64,000 nucleotides of DNA, taken from NCBI GenBank assembly GCA_039028615.1, contig JBCCHT010000014.1:179710-243709 (forward strand), in the 5' to 3' direction. The stretch comes from Myxococcota bacterium (GTDB taxonomy: Bacteria > Myxococcota_A > Polyangia > Nannocystales > Nannocystaceae). Made by a program: the position numbers and the translations under genes. The notes below the pieces were generated by a model, which saw only the letters and a program-made list of their open reading frames with translations, was not told where the DNA came from and did not search any database. Shown piece after piece: positions 18,244 through 27,050 of this stretch; within the stretch, counting starts at the first letter, position 1; the number at the start of each line of letters is the position of its first letter.

Positions 18244-21200
18244 ATGAACGGAACTCGACGCACAACCTCCATCAAGCCTCTCGTTGCCCTCGCGGGCCTA
18301 TGCAGCCTGCTCGCGGTGGGAGCCTGCGGGGCGGAGTCGGACGACATCCTGCTGGTCGACCGAGACTCGACCGACCCCACCATGCCGCCGCCGCAGGTCC
18401 ATCCGTGCTTCGACGAGCTGTCGGAGTTCGATGGGCACCTCAAGCCGAAGAGCAATCAGCGGGAACCGGGCACCGCGGGATCCATCGACCCCGCGCAGGC
18501 CGGCACTGCCTCCATTCGGCAGGACCACCGCTTCGAGCTGGAGCCCACGGGCACCACGGGCACCACGGGAGAGCATGCCGCGACCGTCTATGTAGACATC
18601 GACGCGACGACCGGCCCGATTGCGGTGATGGGCTCGAATTCTGGCAACTGGAGCATCCAGGCGTTCGAGGGATCGACGGGCCTGCCCCTGCCGATCACGG
18701 AGCAACGTAGCTCGGACGAGCCAAACCTGGTCGCGCTCGAGCTTCCCGATGACGTGCAGGGCGAGGTACAGCTCGAGATCACGGGCACCGAAGTGGGCCG
18801 AGGCATGGTCGTCGCGCCGCAGACGGGCGTGGGCATCTACGGCTATGCCTCCGATCCTTCCCAGCTCGTCGCGGGGCAGACGGTCGACTATGTGCTGTAC
18901 CCGTTTGCGGGCGAGGTGGTCCCCGGTGAGGCTCCAGCGGTCGCAGGCACGATCATCGAGGCCGACATCACCACCGTGGATCCGACGACGGGTCGTGAGA
19001 CCTCGCTGCCCGTGACCGTCGACACCGAAGGCCGCGCCCACGTGTCCGTCCCCGTGACCGCGGGCTTCAACGACGTCCTCATGAACGTGCGAAGCGAGGT
19101 CGACGGCCAGAGTTTCACCGTCACGCCGCCGTTTCCGTCCCTCGTTCCCGAGCGCACGCTCCAGGGCATCACGGGGGTCCAGACGAGCTACGACACCGCG
19201 GACGAGGAGCTGGTGTTCGAACTCGGGCTCGATGTGACCCCCGGGGCGGCCGCTCCCGAAGCGCTCGTCGGCTCGGCCACGGTAGAGGCTATGGACTCGG
19301 CCGGGTCTTGGACCCCAGTGGTCGAGATCAGCGCGATGCTGGTCGTCGACGACGGCGCGGCGCAGATGCGAATGAACCCCGCCTGGCTGGATCGCGCCGG
19401 GTTCGACCCGAGCGAAGGCATCACGCTGCGGCTGTCGGACCTCAAACTGGCGACGACCGACGCGATGAGCGTGCCTCAGGTGGTGGAGCCCGAGTCCCCC
19501 ACCCGCTTCGATCCCATCCCGGGTACATCGTTCCCCTCCTACACGGGCTCGGTGACCCCGGAGATGAAGGAGGGACGACGTCCGCAGTGCCTAGACTACG
19601 ACGGCCCCATCGCCCACGGAGTGGAGCTGGTCCACGGGTTCTGCGAGCGCCCCAACACCTGGCCGGGCCCGGACGCGGACCTCGAGTACCCTGGCGACTT
19701 CACGCCGGACATCCAGTTCTGGTTCGACCGCCCGGGCGGCGATGACGACGGGTTCTTCCGCGTCTTCGACGGGTTCAAGGGCACCTGGGACGGCGAAGAG
19801 GTCCCCTGGGCCACCGCGACCAGCAACGACAAATTCGCCCGGGCCCTGCACAAACACGCGTGGTTCGAGGAAGGGCTGCTCTCGTTCTCGGGCGTCGGCC
19901 ACAGCCAGGGCGGCCTGGCCCTGCTGCACCTGTGGCACTTTTACTGGTCGGGCCTCGACGTCGACAAACAGGACGACTTCAAGCACGGCGGCAACGGCTT
20001 CACGGTGCAGATGCTCGCCACACCGATCTGGGGCTCGACCTTGGCCGACACGGGCGAAGTCTTGGACATGTTCACGGGGGAGACCCTCGAGGGCGTCACC
20101 TGCATGTTCAACACGGTCAACGACCTCAAGACCAGCAACGCGATCAGCAACTACCTCGAGCACTACGCCGAGCCCGGGAACGACGCGGCCTACTACGGGT
20201 CCTTCAAGAACGAGAAGGACGCCGACGATGGTGTGTTCCAGAAGTACTGCAACCCGCTGACCGCCTTCCTGATGGGGTTTCGCCTCAACGACGGCGTGGT
20301 CAAGGTCAGCGAGGTCATGGGGGGCACCAGCTGGCTCGGCGGTGAGTCCCAGGGACTCTGCGACGACCCCGAGATTCCCGGGCAGTGCTACGGGGTCTCC
20401 GAAGGCGCGGGCCAGTGCCACGTGACGGACAGGAACTTCAAGTTCACCAACAACCCCGATCCCGACGGCGCCCTGCCCTTCAACATGACGGGCCCTCCGC
20501 AGACCTTCAACGACGTGCGCAACAACGCCCTGTATTGCAGCGCGGCCATGCTCGGGGACACGCTGTGCTGGGACCCGCCCAAGCCCACGCCCGGATGCCA
20601 CGACGAAGGCTGCGGCTATGTCGAGGGCTACGAGTGTGCGCCCGCGGGCTGGGAGCTACAGCCCAACAAGCACTACAACCACCCCGATGGCGACTTCGCT
20701 CTCGACCAGCACTGCTTCGATCACGACTACTACGCCGAGGTCTACGACGAGCTGGTGAACGAGGACGACCCCGACGACACCACGCTGATCCCGGTCGAGC
20801 GCGACCTGGTGTGCGTTCGCCAGGGCTACCCGGAGTACACGAGCACGGTGGGAATCTGCCGCATCTGCGAGGGCCCCGAGGGCAAGATGTGGCCGGGCTG
20901 CGAGTGCGAATTCCAAGACGGCAACCAAGACGGGCAGGACGACAACGAAGCGTGCGGCGTGGGCAACCCCGGGCTGTCGTGCGTGGCGTCCACCACCCAT
21001 CGCATCGATGGTCTCGGCGGCAAGTGCTGGCCCGATGCCCAGCCGCCCGAGTTCGAGTGCGAGACCGACTGTCGCGACATCTACGGCGACTACGGGTACT
21101 GCTATCACGGGCAAGACGGCGGCGAGGCGATGTGCGCCGACTGGACGGGTCCCCTGGATGGCAAGGAGTGCGCCTGGCAGGGCCTGGCCTACGACTCGGA

Positions 21201-21330
21201 CAGCGACCAGTGCGTGCCCGAGTGCGGCGTGGACACGCAGATCCAGGCCGAAGCGGACGCGCAGTGCCACGCCCGCGGCTACACGGCCAACTTCTACTGC
21301 GACATGCCGTCGAAGCGCTGTCGCGTGTAG
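18244..21330 (+). CDS. Lipoprotein with a conditioned-medium-factor (CMF)-like alpha/beta-hydrolase domain and a Cys-rich C-terminus
   Basis: Signal peptide and lipobox LLAVGAC from ATG 18244. Ordered motifs EMKEGRRP, LVHGFC, GHSQGG, LHLWHFYWSGLD, ATPIWG, YCNPLT, NDGVV, GQCH, PQTFNDVRN. About 24 Cys in the last ~265 aa. Confidence 0.7.
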   Translation: MNGTRRTTSIKPLVALAGLCSLLAVGACGAESDDILLVDRDSTDPTMPPPQVHPCFDELSEFDGHLKPKSNQREPGTAGSIDPAQAGTASIRQDHRFELEPTGTTGTTGEHAATVYVDIDATTGPIAVMGSNSGNWSIQAFEGSTGLPLPITEQRSSDEPNLVALELPDDVQGEVQLEITGTEVGRGMVVAPQTGVGIYGYASDPSQLVAGQTVDYVLYPFAGEVVPGEAPAVAGTIIEADITTVDPTTGRETSLPVTVDTEGRAHVSVPVTAGFNDVLMNVRSEVDGQSFTVTPPFPSLVPERTLQGITGVQTSYDTADEELVFELGLDVTPGAAAPEALVGSATVEAMDSAGSWTPVVEISAMLVVDDGAAQMRMNPAWLDRAGFDPSEGITLRLSDLKLATTDAMSVPQVVEPESPTRFDPIPGTSFPSYTGSVTPEMKEGRRPQCLDYDGPIAHGVELVHGFCERPNTWPGPDADLEYPGDFTPDIQFWFDRPGGDDDGFFRVFDGFKGTWDGEEVPWATATSNDKFARALHKHAWFEEGLLSFSGVGHSQGGLALLHLWHFYWSGLDVDKQDDFKHGGNGFTVQMLATPIWGSTLADTGEVLDMFTGETLEGVTCMFNTVNDLKTSNAISNYLEHYAEPGNDAAYYGSFKNEKDADDGVFQKYCNPLTAFLMGFRLNDGVVKVSEVMGGTSWLGGESQGLCDDPEIPGQCYGVSEGAGQCHVTDRNFKFTNNPDPDGALPFNMTGPPQTFNDVRNNALYCSAAMLGDTLCWDPPKPTPGCHDEGCGYVEGYECAPAGWELQPNKHYNHPDGDFALDQHCFDHDYYAEVYDELVNEDDPDDTTLIPVERDLVCVRQGYPEYTSTVGICRICEGPEGKMWPGCECEFQDGNQDGQDDNEACGVGNPGLSCVASTTHRIDGLGGKCWPDAQPPEFECETDCRDIYGDYGYCYHGQDGGEAMCADWTGPLDGKECAWQGLAYDSDSDQCVPECGVDTQIQAEADAQCHARGYTANFYCDMPSKRCRV

Positions 21331-21348
21331 TCGGCGGGGACGGTCCCC

Positions 21349-22158
21349 TCAGGGCTCGTTGATTCCGTCGAGCAGGCCTCGCAGCGCGGCGGCGGGGTCT
21401 TCCGCCGACATCAGCGAGCTGCCGATCAACACCGCGTCGACCTCGGCGTCCCGCAGGCGCTTGAGGTCGTCGACCGTCGAGATGCCGCTCTCGGCGACGT
21501 ACGTGAAGCTCGTGCGCGGCACGAAGCTCCGCAGCTTCACGTGCAGATCGGGGTCGACCTCGAAGGTCCGCAAGTCGCGAGCGTTGACCCCCACGATCTT
21601 GGCGCCCGCACTCATGGCGCGGTCGACTTCGTGAGCATCGTGGGCCTCGCACAGCACGGCGAGATCGATGGCGTGGGCGAACTCGATGAGCTGCCGCAGC
21701 GTGGGAGGCGGCAGCGCAGCCACGATGAGCAGCGCAGCGTCGGCCCCCGCGCGGCGGGCATCGAGCAGCTGCATGCGATCGAGGATGAAGTCCTTGCACA
21801 GCAGCGGGATCGGGCTGACTTCGCGCGCGCGGCTGAGGTCTTCGAGGCTGCCCTGGAAGTGAGCATCGGTGAGGATGCTGGACGCGGCCGCGCCGGCTTG
21901 GGCGTAGCCGGGCACGATCTCGGTGACCGAGGCGCCCTCGCGAATGGGACCCTTGGACGGCGAGGCTCGCTTGAACTCGGCGATGACCCGCGGACCCGGG
22001 CCCGCACGCAGTGCCTCGGCGAAGTCGCGCGTGGGGGCGAGGCCCGCGAGCGCATCTTCGATGCGCCGATCGGTGAGCCGCTCGTGTCGGTGTTGCGCCA
22101 GATCGGCCCGCTTCGCGGCCAGGATCCGATCGAGATGAGAGGTCTGTGGCTCGCTCAT
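21349..22158 (-). CDS. trpC: Indole-3-glycerol phosphate synthase
   Basis: IAEFKRASPSKG, KDFILD, GADAALLI, VGVNARDL, VAESGI. Start taken as MSEPQ (ATG 22158). Confidence 0.95.
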   Translation of the reverse strand: MSEPQTSHLDRILAAKRADLAQHRHERLTDRRIEDALAGLAPTRDFAEALRAGPGPRVIAEFKRASPSKGPIREGASVTEIVPGYAQAGAAASSILTDAHFQGSLEDLSRAREVSPIPLLCKDFILDRMQLLDARRAGADAALLIVAALPPPTLRQLIEFAHAIDLAVLCEAHDAHEVDRAMSAGAKIVGVNARDLRTFEVDPDLHVKLRSFVPRTSFTYVAESGISTVDDLKRLRDAEVDAVLIGSSLMSAEDPAAALRGLLDGINEP

Positions 22159-22292
22159 GCCCAGGATTCGCCGCGCCAAGCGTAGCCCAATCGGTGCGAA
22201 CGCGCTTCTTCGCCAGGCCGTCCGACAACCGGAGGCGGACTCACGCCGACCGCGGGTCCCGGCTGCGCGCCCGCACGACTAAGCCAATGAAC

Positions 22293-23402
22293 TCATTGCT
22301 CTTTTTCGCTCGTCTCGGCCGGCTCGTGGCTGACCCGCACGAGGTCGTCGAGGACGGCCCGAACCTTGCCTTCGTCGATCGCTCGACCGATCGTCTCGGC
22401 CAATTCGGGCAGCGCCGACAGCTCGCCGTGACCGGCCGCCACCAGGGCCACTGCGCCGCTGTACTGCACCGCGACCCGGTAGGCCGAGGGCTCCCCGTCC
22501 ACGAGGCGCCGCAGTGCGTCCGCGTTTTCGGCCGCCGACCCCCCCGCGATGTCCTCGAAGGAGTGCGCGGGCAAGCCGGCATCCTGGGGCCGCAGCACGA
22601 GGGTCTCGAGCTGGCCGTCGCGCCACTGCACCACGAGCGACTCGCCCTCGGGGCTGAGGTCGTCGATGCCCCGCGGCGACCGGGGGGAAGCCTCGTGTCC
22701 GGCCCGGAACCCGTGCACGACCATGACGTGGCGGCTGCCCAGCGCCCCGAGGGCCCGTGCCACGTCCTCGCAGCGCGCCGGATCGAACACGCCCAGCAGC
22801 TGGCGATTGGCCCCCGCGGGGTTGGTCAGCGGCCCCAGCAGGTTGAACAGCGTGCGCACGCCCAAGGCCCGGCGGGGGCCCATGGCGTGCTTCATCGCCG
22901 GGTGCAGCCGCGCCGCGAACAAAAAGCCCACGCCCACCTCGTCGAGACAGCGCTGCACCTGGGCCGGGGTGGCCTCGATGTTGAGCCCGAGCGCCTCGAG
23001 CACGTCGGCGCTGCCGCTGCGGCTGCTGGCGGCTCGATTGCCGTGCTTGGCCACGGGCACGCCGCATGCGGCCACCGCCAGTGCGACCGCAGTGGAGACG
23101 TTGCGCCGGGGGATCCCGCTGCCTCCGGTGCCGCAGGTGTCGAGCAAGTCCGTGTGGCGGCTGGCGATGCGATGCACGGCCCGGCGCATGGCCGCCGCCG
23201 CCCCTGCGATCTGCTCGGTGGTCTCCCCCCGAATCGCCAGCCCCATCAGCAGGCCGCCGATCTGCGCCGGGTCGCAGGCCCCGACCATGATCTCGTCGAA
23301 GATGGTCTCGATTTCCTGCCGCCCCAGGGTCTGGGCCGCGGCAAGCTTGGCGAGCCCCGCCCGCATGGCGGGGGCATTGTCGGCGGACTTGGGAGCGTTC
23401 AT
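22293..23402 (-). CDS. trpD: Anthranilate phosphoribosyltransferase
   Basis: DTCGTGGSG, NVST, KHGNRAASSRSGSADVLEALG, HPAMK, RTLFNLLGPLTNPA. Confidence 0.95.
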   Translation of the reverse strand: MNAPKSADNAPAMRAGLAKLAAAQTLGRQEIETIFDEIMVGACDPAQIGGLLMGLAIRGETTEQIAGAAAAMRRAVHRIASRHTDLLDTCGTGGSGIPRRNVSTAVALAVAACGVPVAKHGNRAASSRSGSADVLEALGLNIEATPAQVQRCLDEVGVGFLFAARLHPAMKHAMGPRRALGVRTLFNLLGPLTNPAGANRQLLGVFDPARCEDVARALGALGSRHVMVVHGFRAGHEASPRSPRGIDDLSPEGESLVVQWRDGQLETLVLRPQDAGLPAHSFEDIAGGSAAENADALRRLVDGEPSAYRVAVQYSGAVALVAAGHGELSALPELAETIGRAIDEGKVRAVLDDLVRVSHEPAETSEKEQ

Positions 23403-23435
23403 GGGGGTCGTCGCGATCGGTCGAAAGGGATGAGC

Positions 23436-24104
23436 TCAGGCCCGTAGGGCGGCGTCGAGGGCATCCGCGTGATCGGCATGCACGCCCAAGAAGCTGGCCA
23501 GCAAGCGGTGCCCGTGGTCGCTGAGGATCGACTCGGGATGAAACTGCACCCCGTGGATCGGCCGGTCGCGATGCCGCACCGCCATCAGCTCCCCTTCGGC
23601 CGTACGCGCGGTGGCGACCAGGAAGGACGGCAGCGTGTCCTCTTCCACGATGAGGCTGTGGTAGCGGGTCACCGTCATCGGCGAGGGCAGCCCGGTGAGC
23701 AGCCCGGTGCCGTCGTGAATCACGGGGGAGACCTTGCCGTGCATGATTCGCGGAGCCCCGTGCACCGTGGCGCCGTGGACCTCGCACAGGGTCTGGTGCC
23801 CGAGGCAGACCCCCAGGGTGGGAATGGGCGCATCGGAGCAGACCCGCTCGCACAGCGACTGGCACACGCCGCTGTCGCTCGGCCGCCCCGGACCCGGTGA
23901 GAGCACCAGGTGGGTCGGCCGCATGGCGATGACCTGATCGGCATCGATGGCGTCGTTGCGATAGACGTCGACCACCGCGCCCAGCTCGAGCAGGTACTGC
24001 ACGAGGTTGAACGTGAACGAGTCGTAGTTGTCGATCATCACCACGCGCGGGCCCGAGGCCTGCGGCGGTAGGTAGCGGTTGCCGCCCGGTCGTGGTTCCT
24101 TCAT
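23436..24104 (-). CDS. trpG: Anthranilate synthase glutamine amidotransferase subunit
   Basis: IDNYDSFTFNL, SPGPG, LGVCLGHQ, RYHSL, GVQFHPES. ATG 24104 overlaps the trpE stop (ATGA). Confidence 0.93.
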   Translation of the reverse strand: MKEPRPGGNRYLPPQASGPRVVMIDNYDSFTFNLVQYLLELGAVVDVYRNDAIDADQVIAMRPTHLVLSPGPGRPSDSGVCQSLCERVCSDAPIPTLGVCLGHQTLCEVHGATVHGAPRIMHGKVSPVIHDGTGLLTGLPSPMTVTRYHSLIVEEDTLPSFLVATARTAEGELMAVRHRDRPIHGVQFHPESILSDHGHRLLASFLGVHADHADALDAALRA

Positions 24105-25627
24105 GTGCCCTTCCCCTTGGCCATGGCGATGGCTCGAAGCACCGCGGCGGCCTTGTTGCGACACTCGGTGTCCTCGGTCTCGGGATCGGAGTCGAAGACG
24201 ATGCCCGCCCCCGCCTGCACGCGATAGCGATCGGGCAGGGCCAGCGCACTGCGGATGCAGATGGCAAAGTCGGCGCCGCCGTCGAAGCTCACGTAGCCCA
24301 CCGCGCCGCCATACCAGCCTCGCTCGGCCGGTTCGAGCGCGTCGATGATTTCCAGCGCCCGCACCTTCGGAGCGCCGCTGAGCGTGCCCTGCGGAAACGT
24401 CGCTCGCAGTGCGTCCATCGCGTCGAGGCCGGGCGCCAGCGTGCCCGTGACCTCGGAGACGATGTGCATAACCTGGCTGTAGCGCTCGATGGCGAAGCTG
24501 TCGCCCATCTTCACCGTGCCGCCCACCGCCACCCGGCCGACGTCGTTGCGGCCGAGATCGATGAGCATGAGGTGCTCGGCGCGTTCCTTGGGATCGGCGA
24601 GCAGCTCTTTTTCCAGCGCGAGGTCTTCGTCTTCGGTGCGACCGCGCGGGCGGGTGCCGGCGATCGGCCGCACCGTGATTCGTCGGGTCTCGCGATCGAA
24701 GCGCACCAGGACCTCGGGCGACGCCCCGGCCAGCCCGGCCGTGCTCAGCTCGAGCAGCACCATGTACGGCGCCGGGTTGGTCATGCGCAGGATTCGATAG
24801 ACATCGAGCACATCGGTGTCGCCCCGCGGGACCTCGAAGCCCTGCGCGAGCACGACCTGAAAGACGTCGCCCGCGACCACGTGCTCCTTGGCCTTGCGCA
24901 CCGAGGCGAGATAGCCATCGCGGGTCCAGGGAGCCGCGGGCTCGCAGGCAAAATCGACCCCTTCGTCGGGCTCGAGCGGACCGAGCTTGGGCGGCGCCTC
25001 GAACAGCGCCTTGCGTACCCGAGCCAGCCGCTCGCAGGCCGCGTCGTAGGCCGCCTCGGCCCCGCCGTCGTCTTCGGCGTGCGTGCCCGTCACCAGCCGC
25101 ACCCGCTGGGTCAGCGTGTCGAACACCACCACCGTGTCGGTGACGATGAGATCGACTGCGGCAACCCCGGAGGGCGTGCGCCCCGAGGGCGGCGGCAGAT
25201 GCTCGAAGCACCGCACGAGATCGTGTCCCCATGCGCCTACGAGTCCACCCCACAGCGGCGGTTGGTCGGGGTGGACCGCCGCTCGGTAGTGCTCGAAGAC
25301 GCGGCGGAGACACTCGATCCCCTGCCCTTTTCGCAGCGACTCGGGCACGTGGAAGCCTTCGCCCGCGGTGACCTCGACCTGAAGGGATCCTTCCTGCCAG
25401 CGCCCGACCACGCGCGCGCGCGCGCCGACCATCACGAAGCTGTAGCGGGCCCAGCGCTCACCACCGACCACGCTCTCGAGCAAACCAGACGCTCCGTGGG
25501 CCCGCAGACGGGCAAACGCGGCAACGGGGGTCTCGCCATCGTCGAGCACCTCGCACCACACGGGTTGAACCGGAGGACCTTCGAGGGTCTGCGCCACGAA
25601 GGCCTCGCGGGTGGGACACACCTGCAC
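24101..25627 (-). CDS. trpE: Anthranilate synthase component I
   Basis: LLESVVGGERWARYS, GDVFQVVL, NPAPYM, GASPE, PIAGTRPRG, KERAEHLMLIDLGRND, GTLSGAPK. Start probably GTG 25627 (MQVCPTREAF). Confidence 0.93.
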   Translation of the reverse strand: MQVCPTREAFVAQTLEGPPVQPVWCEVLDDGETPVAAFARLRAHGASGLLESVVGGERWARYSFVMVGARARVVGRWQEGSLQVEVTAGEGFHVPESLRKGQGIECLRRVFEHYRAAVHPDQPPLWGGLVGAWGHDLVRCFEHLPPPSGRTPSGVAAVDLIVTDTVVVFDTLTQRVRLVTGTHAEDDGGAEAAYDAACERLARVRKALFEAPPKLGPLEPDEGVDFACEPAAPWTRDGYLASVRKAKEHVVAGDVFQVVLAQGFEVPRGDTDVLDVYRILRMTNPAPYMVLLELSTAGLAGASPEVLVRFDRETRRITVRPIAGTRPRGRTEDEDLALEKELLADPKERAEHLMLIDLGRNDVGRVAVGGTVKMGDSFAIERYSQVMHIVSEVTGTLAPGLDAMDALRATFPQGTLSGAPKVRALEIIDALEPAERGWYGGAVGYVSFDGGADFAICIRSALALPDRYRVQAGAGIVFDSDPETEDTECRNKAAAVLRAIAMAKGKGT

Positions 25628-25634
25628 GGCGAGG

Positions 25635-25640
25635 ATGGTA
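25635..25640 (-). promoter_or_regulatory. Putative -10 box for trpE (leaderless-type spacing)
   Basis: TACCAT lies 7 nt before the GTG, with no SD sequence between. Confidence 0.45.
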
Positions 25641-25730
25641 GCGAAAGCCGGCACGCACGGCGCCCCGGTCGGCGACATTTTGCCGCCTTTCGCCACGTAG
25701 GGCGCACCCCGCCCCCGCGTCTACTTTGGT

Positions 25731-25759
25731 TTGACATCGCGTGGCTGCCCCGCCACAAC
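25731..25759 (+). promoter_or_regulatory. Putative sigma70 promoter of glyA
   Basis: Perfect TTGACA, 17-nt spacer, weak CACAAC, then 7 nt to ATG 25767. Confidence 0.45.
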
Positions 25760-25766
25760 AGCGGTC

Positions 25767-27050
25767 ATGAGCGACGCGCAACGCGATCCAGCGCTTTGTG
25801 ACACTGACCCCGAGGTTTTTCGCCTGATTCGCGGTGAAGACCGACGTCAGCGCGAGAGCCTTCGGCTCATTGCGAGCGAGAACTACGCCTCGCGAGCGGT
25901 GCTCGAAGCCACCGCGGCCAGCCTCACCAACAAGTACGCCGAGGGCTACCCCGGCCGTCGCTACTACGAGGGCATGGCCTTCATCGACCCGCTCGAGGCC
26001 TTGGCCATCGATCGGGCGAAGAAGCTGTTCGGGTGCGAGCACGCGAACGTGCAGCCCTATAGTGGCTCGCCGGCCAACCTCGCGGTGCTGCTCGCCCTGT
26101 GCTCGCCGGGCGACACCATCATGGGTCTGTCGCTGCCCGCGGGCGGCCACCTCACCCACGGGTGGAAGGTCAGCGCGACCGGCATCTACTACAACGCCGT
26201 GCAGTACGGCGTGCGCGAGACGGACCACCTCATCGATTTCGATCAGGTGCGCAGCCTCGCCAAGGAGCACCAGCCCAAGCTCATCTGGTGCGGGCACTCG
26301 GCCTACCCGCGGACCCTCGACTTCGCCGCCTTCGCGGAGATCGCCAACGAGGTCGGAGCCCACCTGGTGGCCGACATCGCCCACATCGCGGGGCTCGTCG
26401 CTGGCGGGGCGCACCCGAGCCCCGTGCCGCACTGCGCCGCGGTGACCACCACGACCCACAAGACCCTCCGGGGACCGCGGGGCGGGCTCATCATGTCGCG
26501 CCAAGACCACGCCAAGGCGATCGACAAGGCGGTGTTCCCCGGGCTACAGGGCGGGCCGCACAACCACAGCACCGCCGCCAAGGCGGTCGCGTTCGCCGAA
26601 GCCTCCACCAAGGAGTTCTCGGCCTACGCCCACGCGGTGGTCGCCAACGCCAAGGCCCTCGCCGAGCAGCTCATCGCCCGCGGCCACGAGCTCATCACGG
26701 GCGGCACCGACAACCACCTCATGCTGGTCGACCTGACCAAGCACGGCATCTCGGGACGCAAGGCGGGCATCGCCCTCAACCGCTGCGGCATCGAGCTCAA
26801 CGGCAACTCGATTCCCTTCGATCCGCGCAAGCCCTTCGACCCCTCGGGCATTCGCATCGGCCTCGCCTCGCTCACCTCGCGCGGCCTGGCCACCGAGCAC
26901 ATGGACAAGGTGGCCGAGTTCATCGATCGCGGGGTTCGGGGCGCCGCCGAAAAAGACGGCGAGCCCGACGACGCGTTCTGCAGCGGGCTGTCGGCCGAGG
27001 TGGCCGAGTTCCTCAAGGCCTTCCCCGCTCCGGGGCTCGGCGAGGCATGA
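25767..27050 (+). CDS. glyA: Serine hydroxymethyltransferase
   Basis: LIASENY, NKYAEGYPGRRYY, GGHLTHG, TTTTHKTLRGPRGG, FPGLQGGP, GGTDNH. Confidence 0.97.
   Translation: MSDAQRDPALCDTDPEVFRLIRGEDRRQRESLRLIASENYASRAVLEATAASLTNKYAEGYPGRRYYEGMAFIDPLEALAIDRAKKLFGCEHANVQPYSGSPANLAVLLALCSPGDTIMGLSLPAGGHLTHGWKVSATGIYYNAVQYGVRETDHLIDFDQVRSLAKEHQPKLIWCGHSAYPRTLDFAAFAEIANEVGAHLVADIAHIAGLVAGGAHPSPVPHCAAVTTTTHKTLRGPRGGLIMSRQDHAKAIDKAVFPGLQGGPHNHSTAAKAVAFAEASTKEFSAYAHAVVANAKALAEQLIARGHELITGGTDNHLMLVDLTKHGISGRKAGIALNRCGIELNGNSIPFDPRKPFDPSGIRIGLASLTSRGLATEHMDKVAEFIDRGVRGAAEKDGEPDDAFCSGLSAEVAEFLKAFPAPGLGEA

Noticed and set aside
23436..25313. 625-aa TrpG fusion, and likewise the long N-terminal extensions on ORFs 26099, 34071, 36191, 38524 and 60532
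   Set aside because: The extensions are out-of-frame overlaps with neighbouring genes. Most true starts are marked by stop/start overlaps or adjacent promoter elements.
25628..25766. trp attenuator leader peptide
   Set aside because: No short ORF with tandem Trp codons and no terminator/antiterminator pair is evident.
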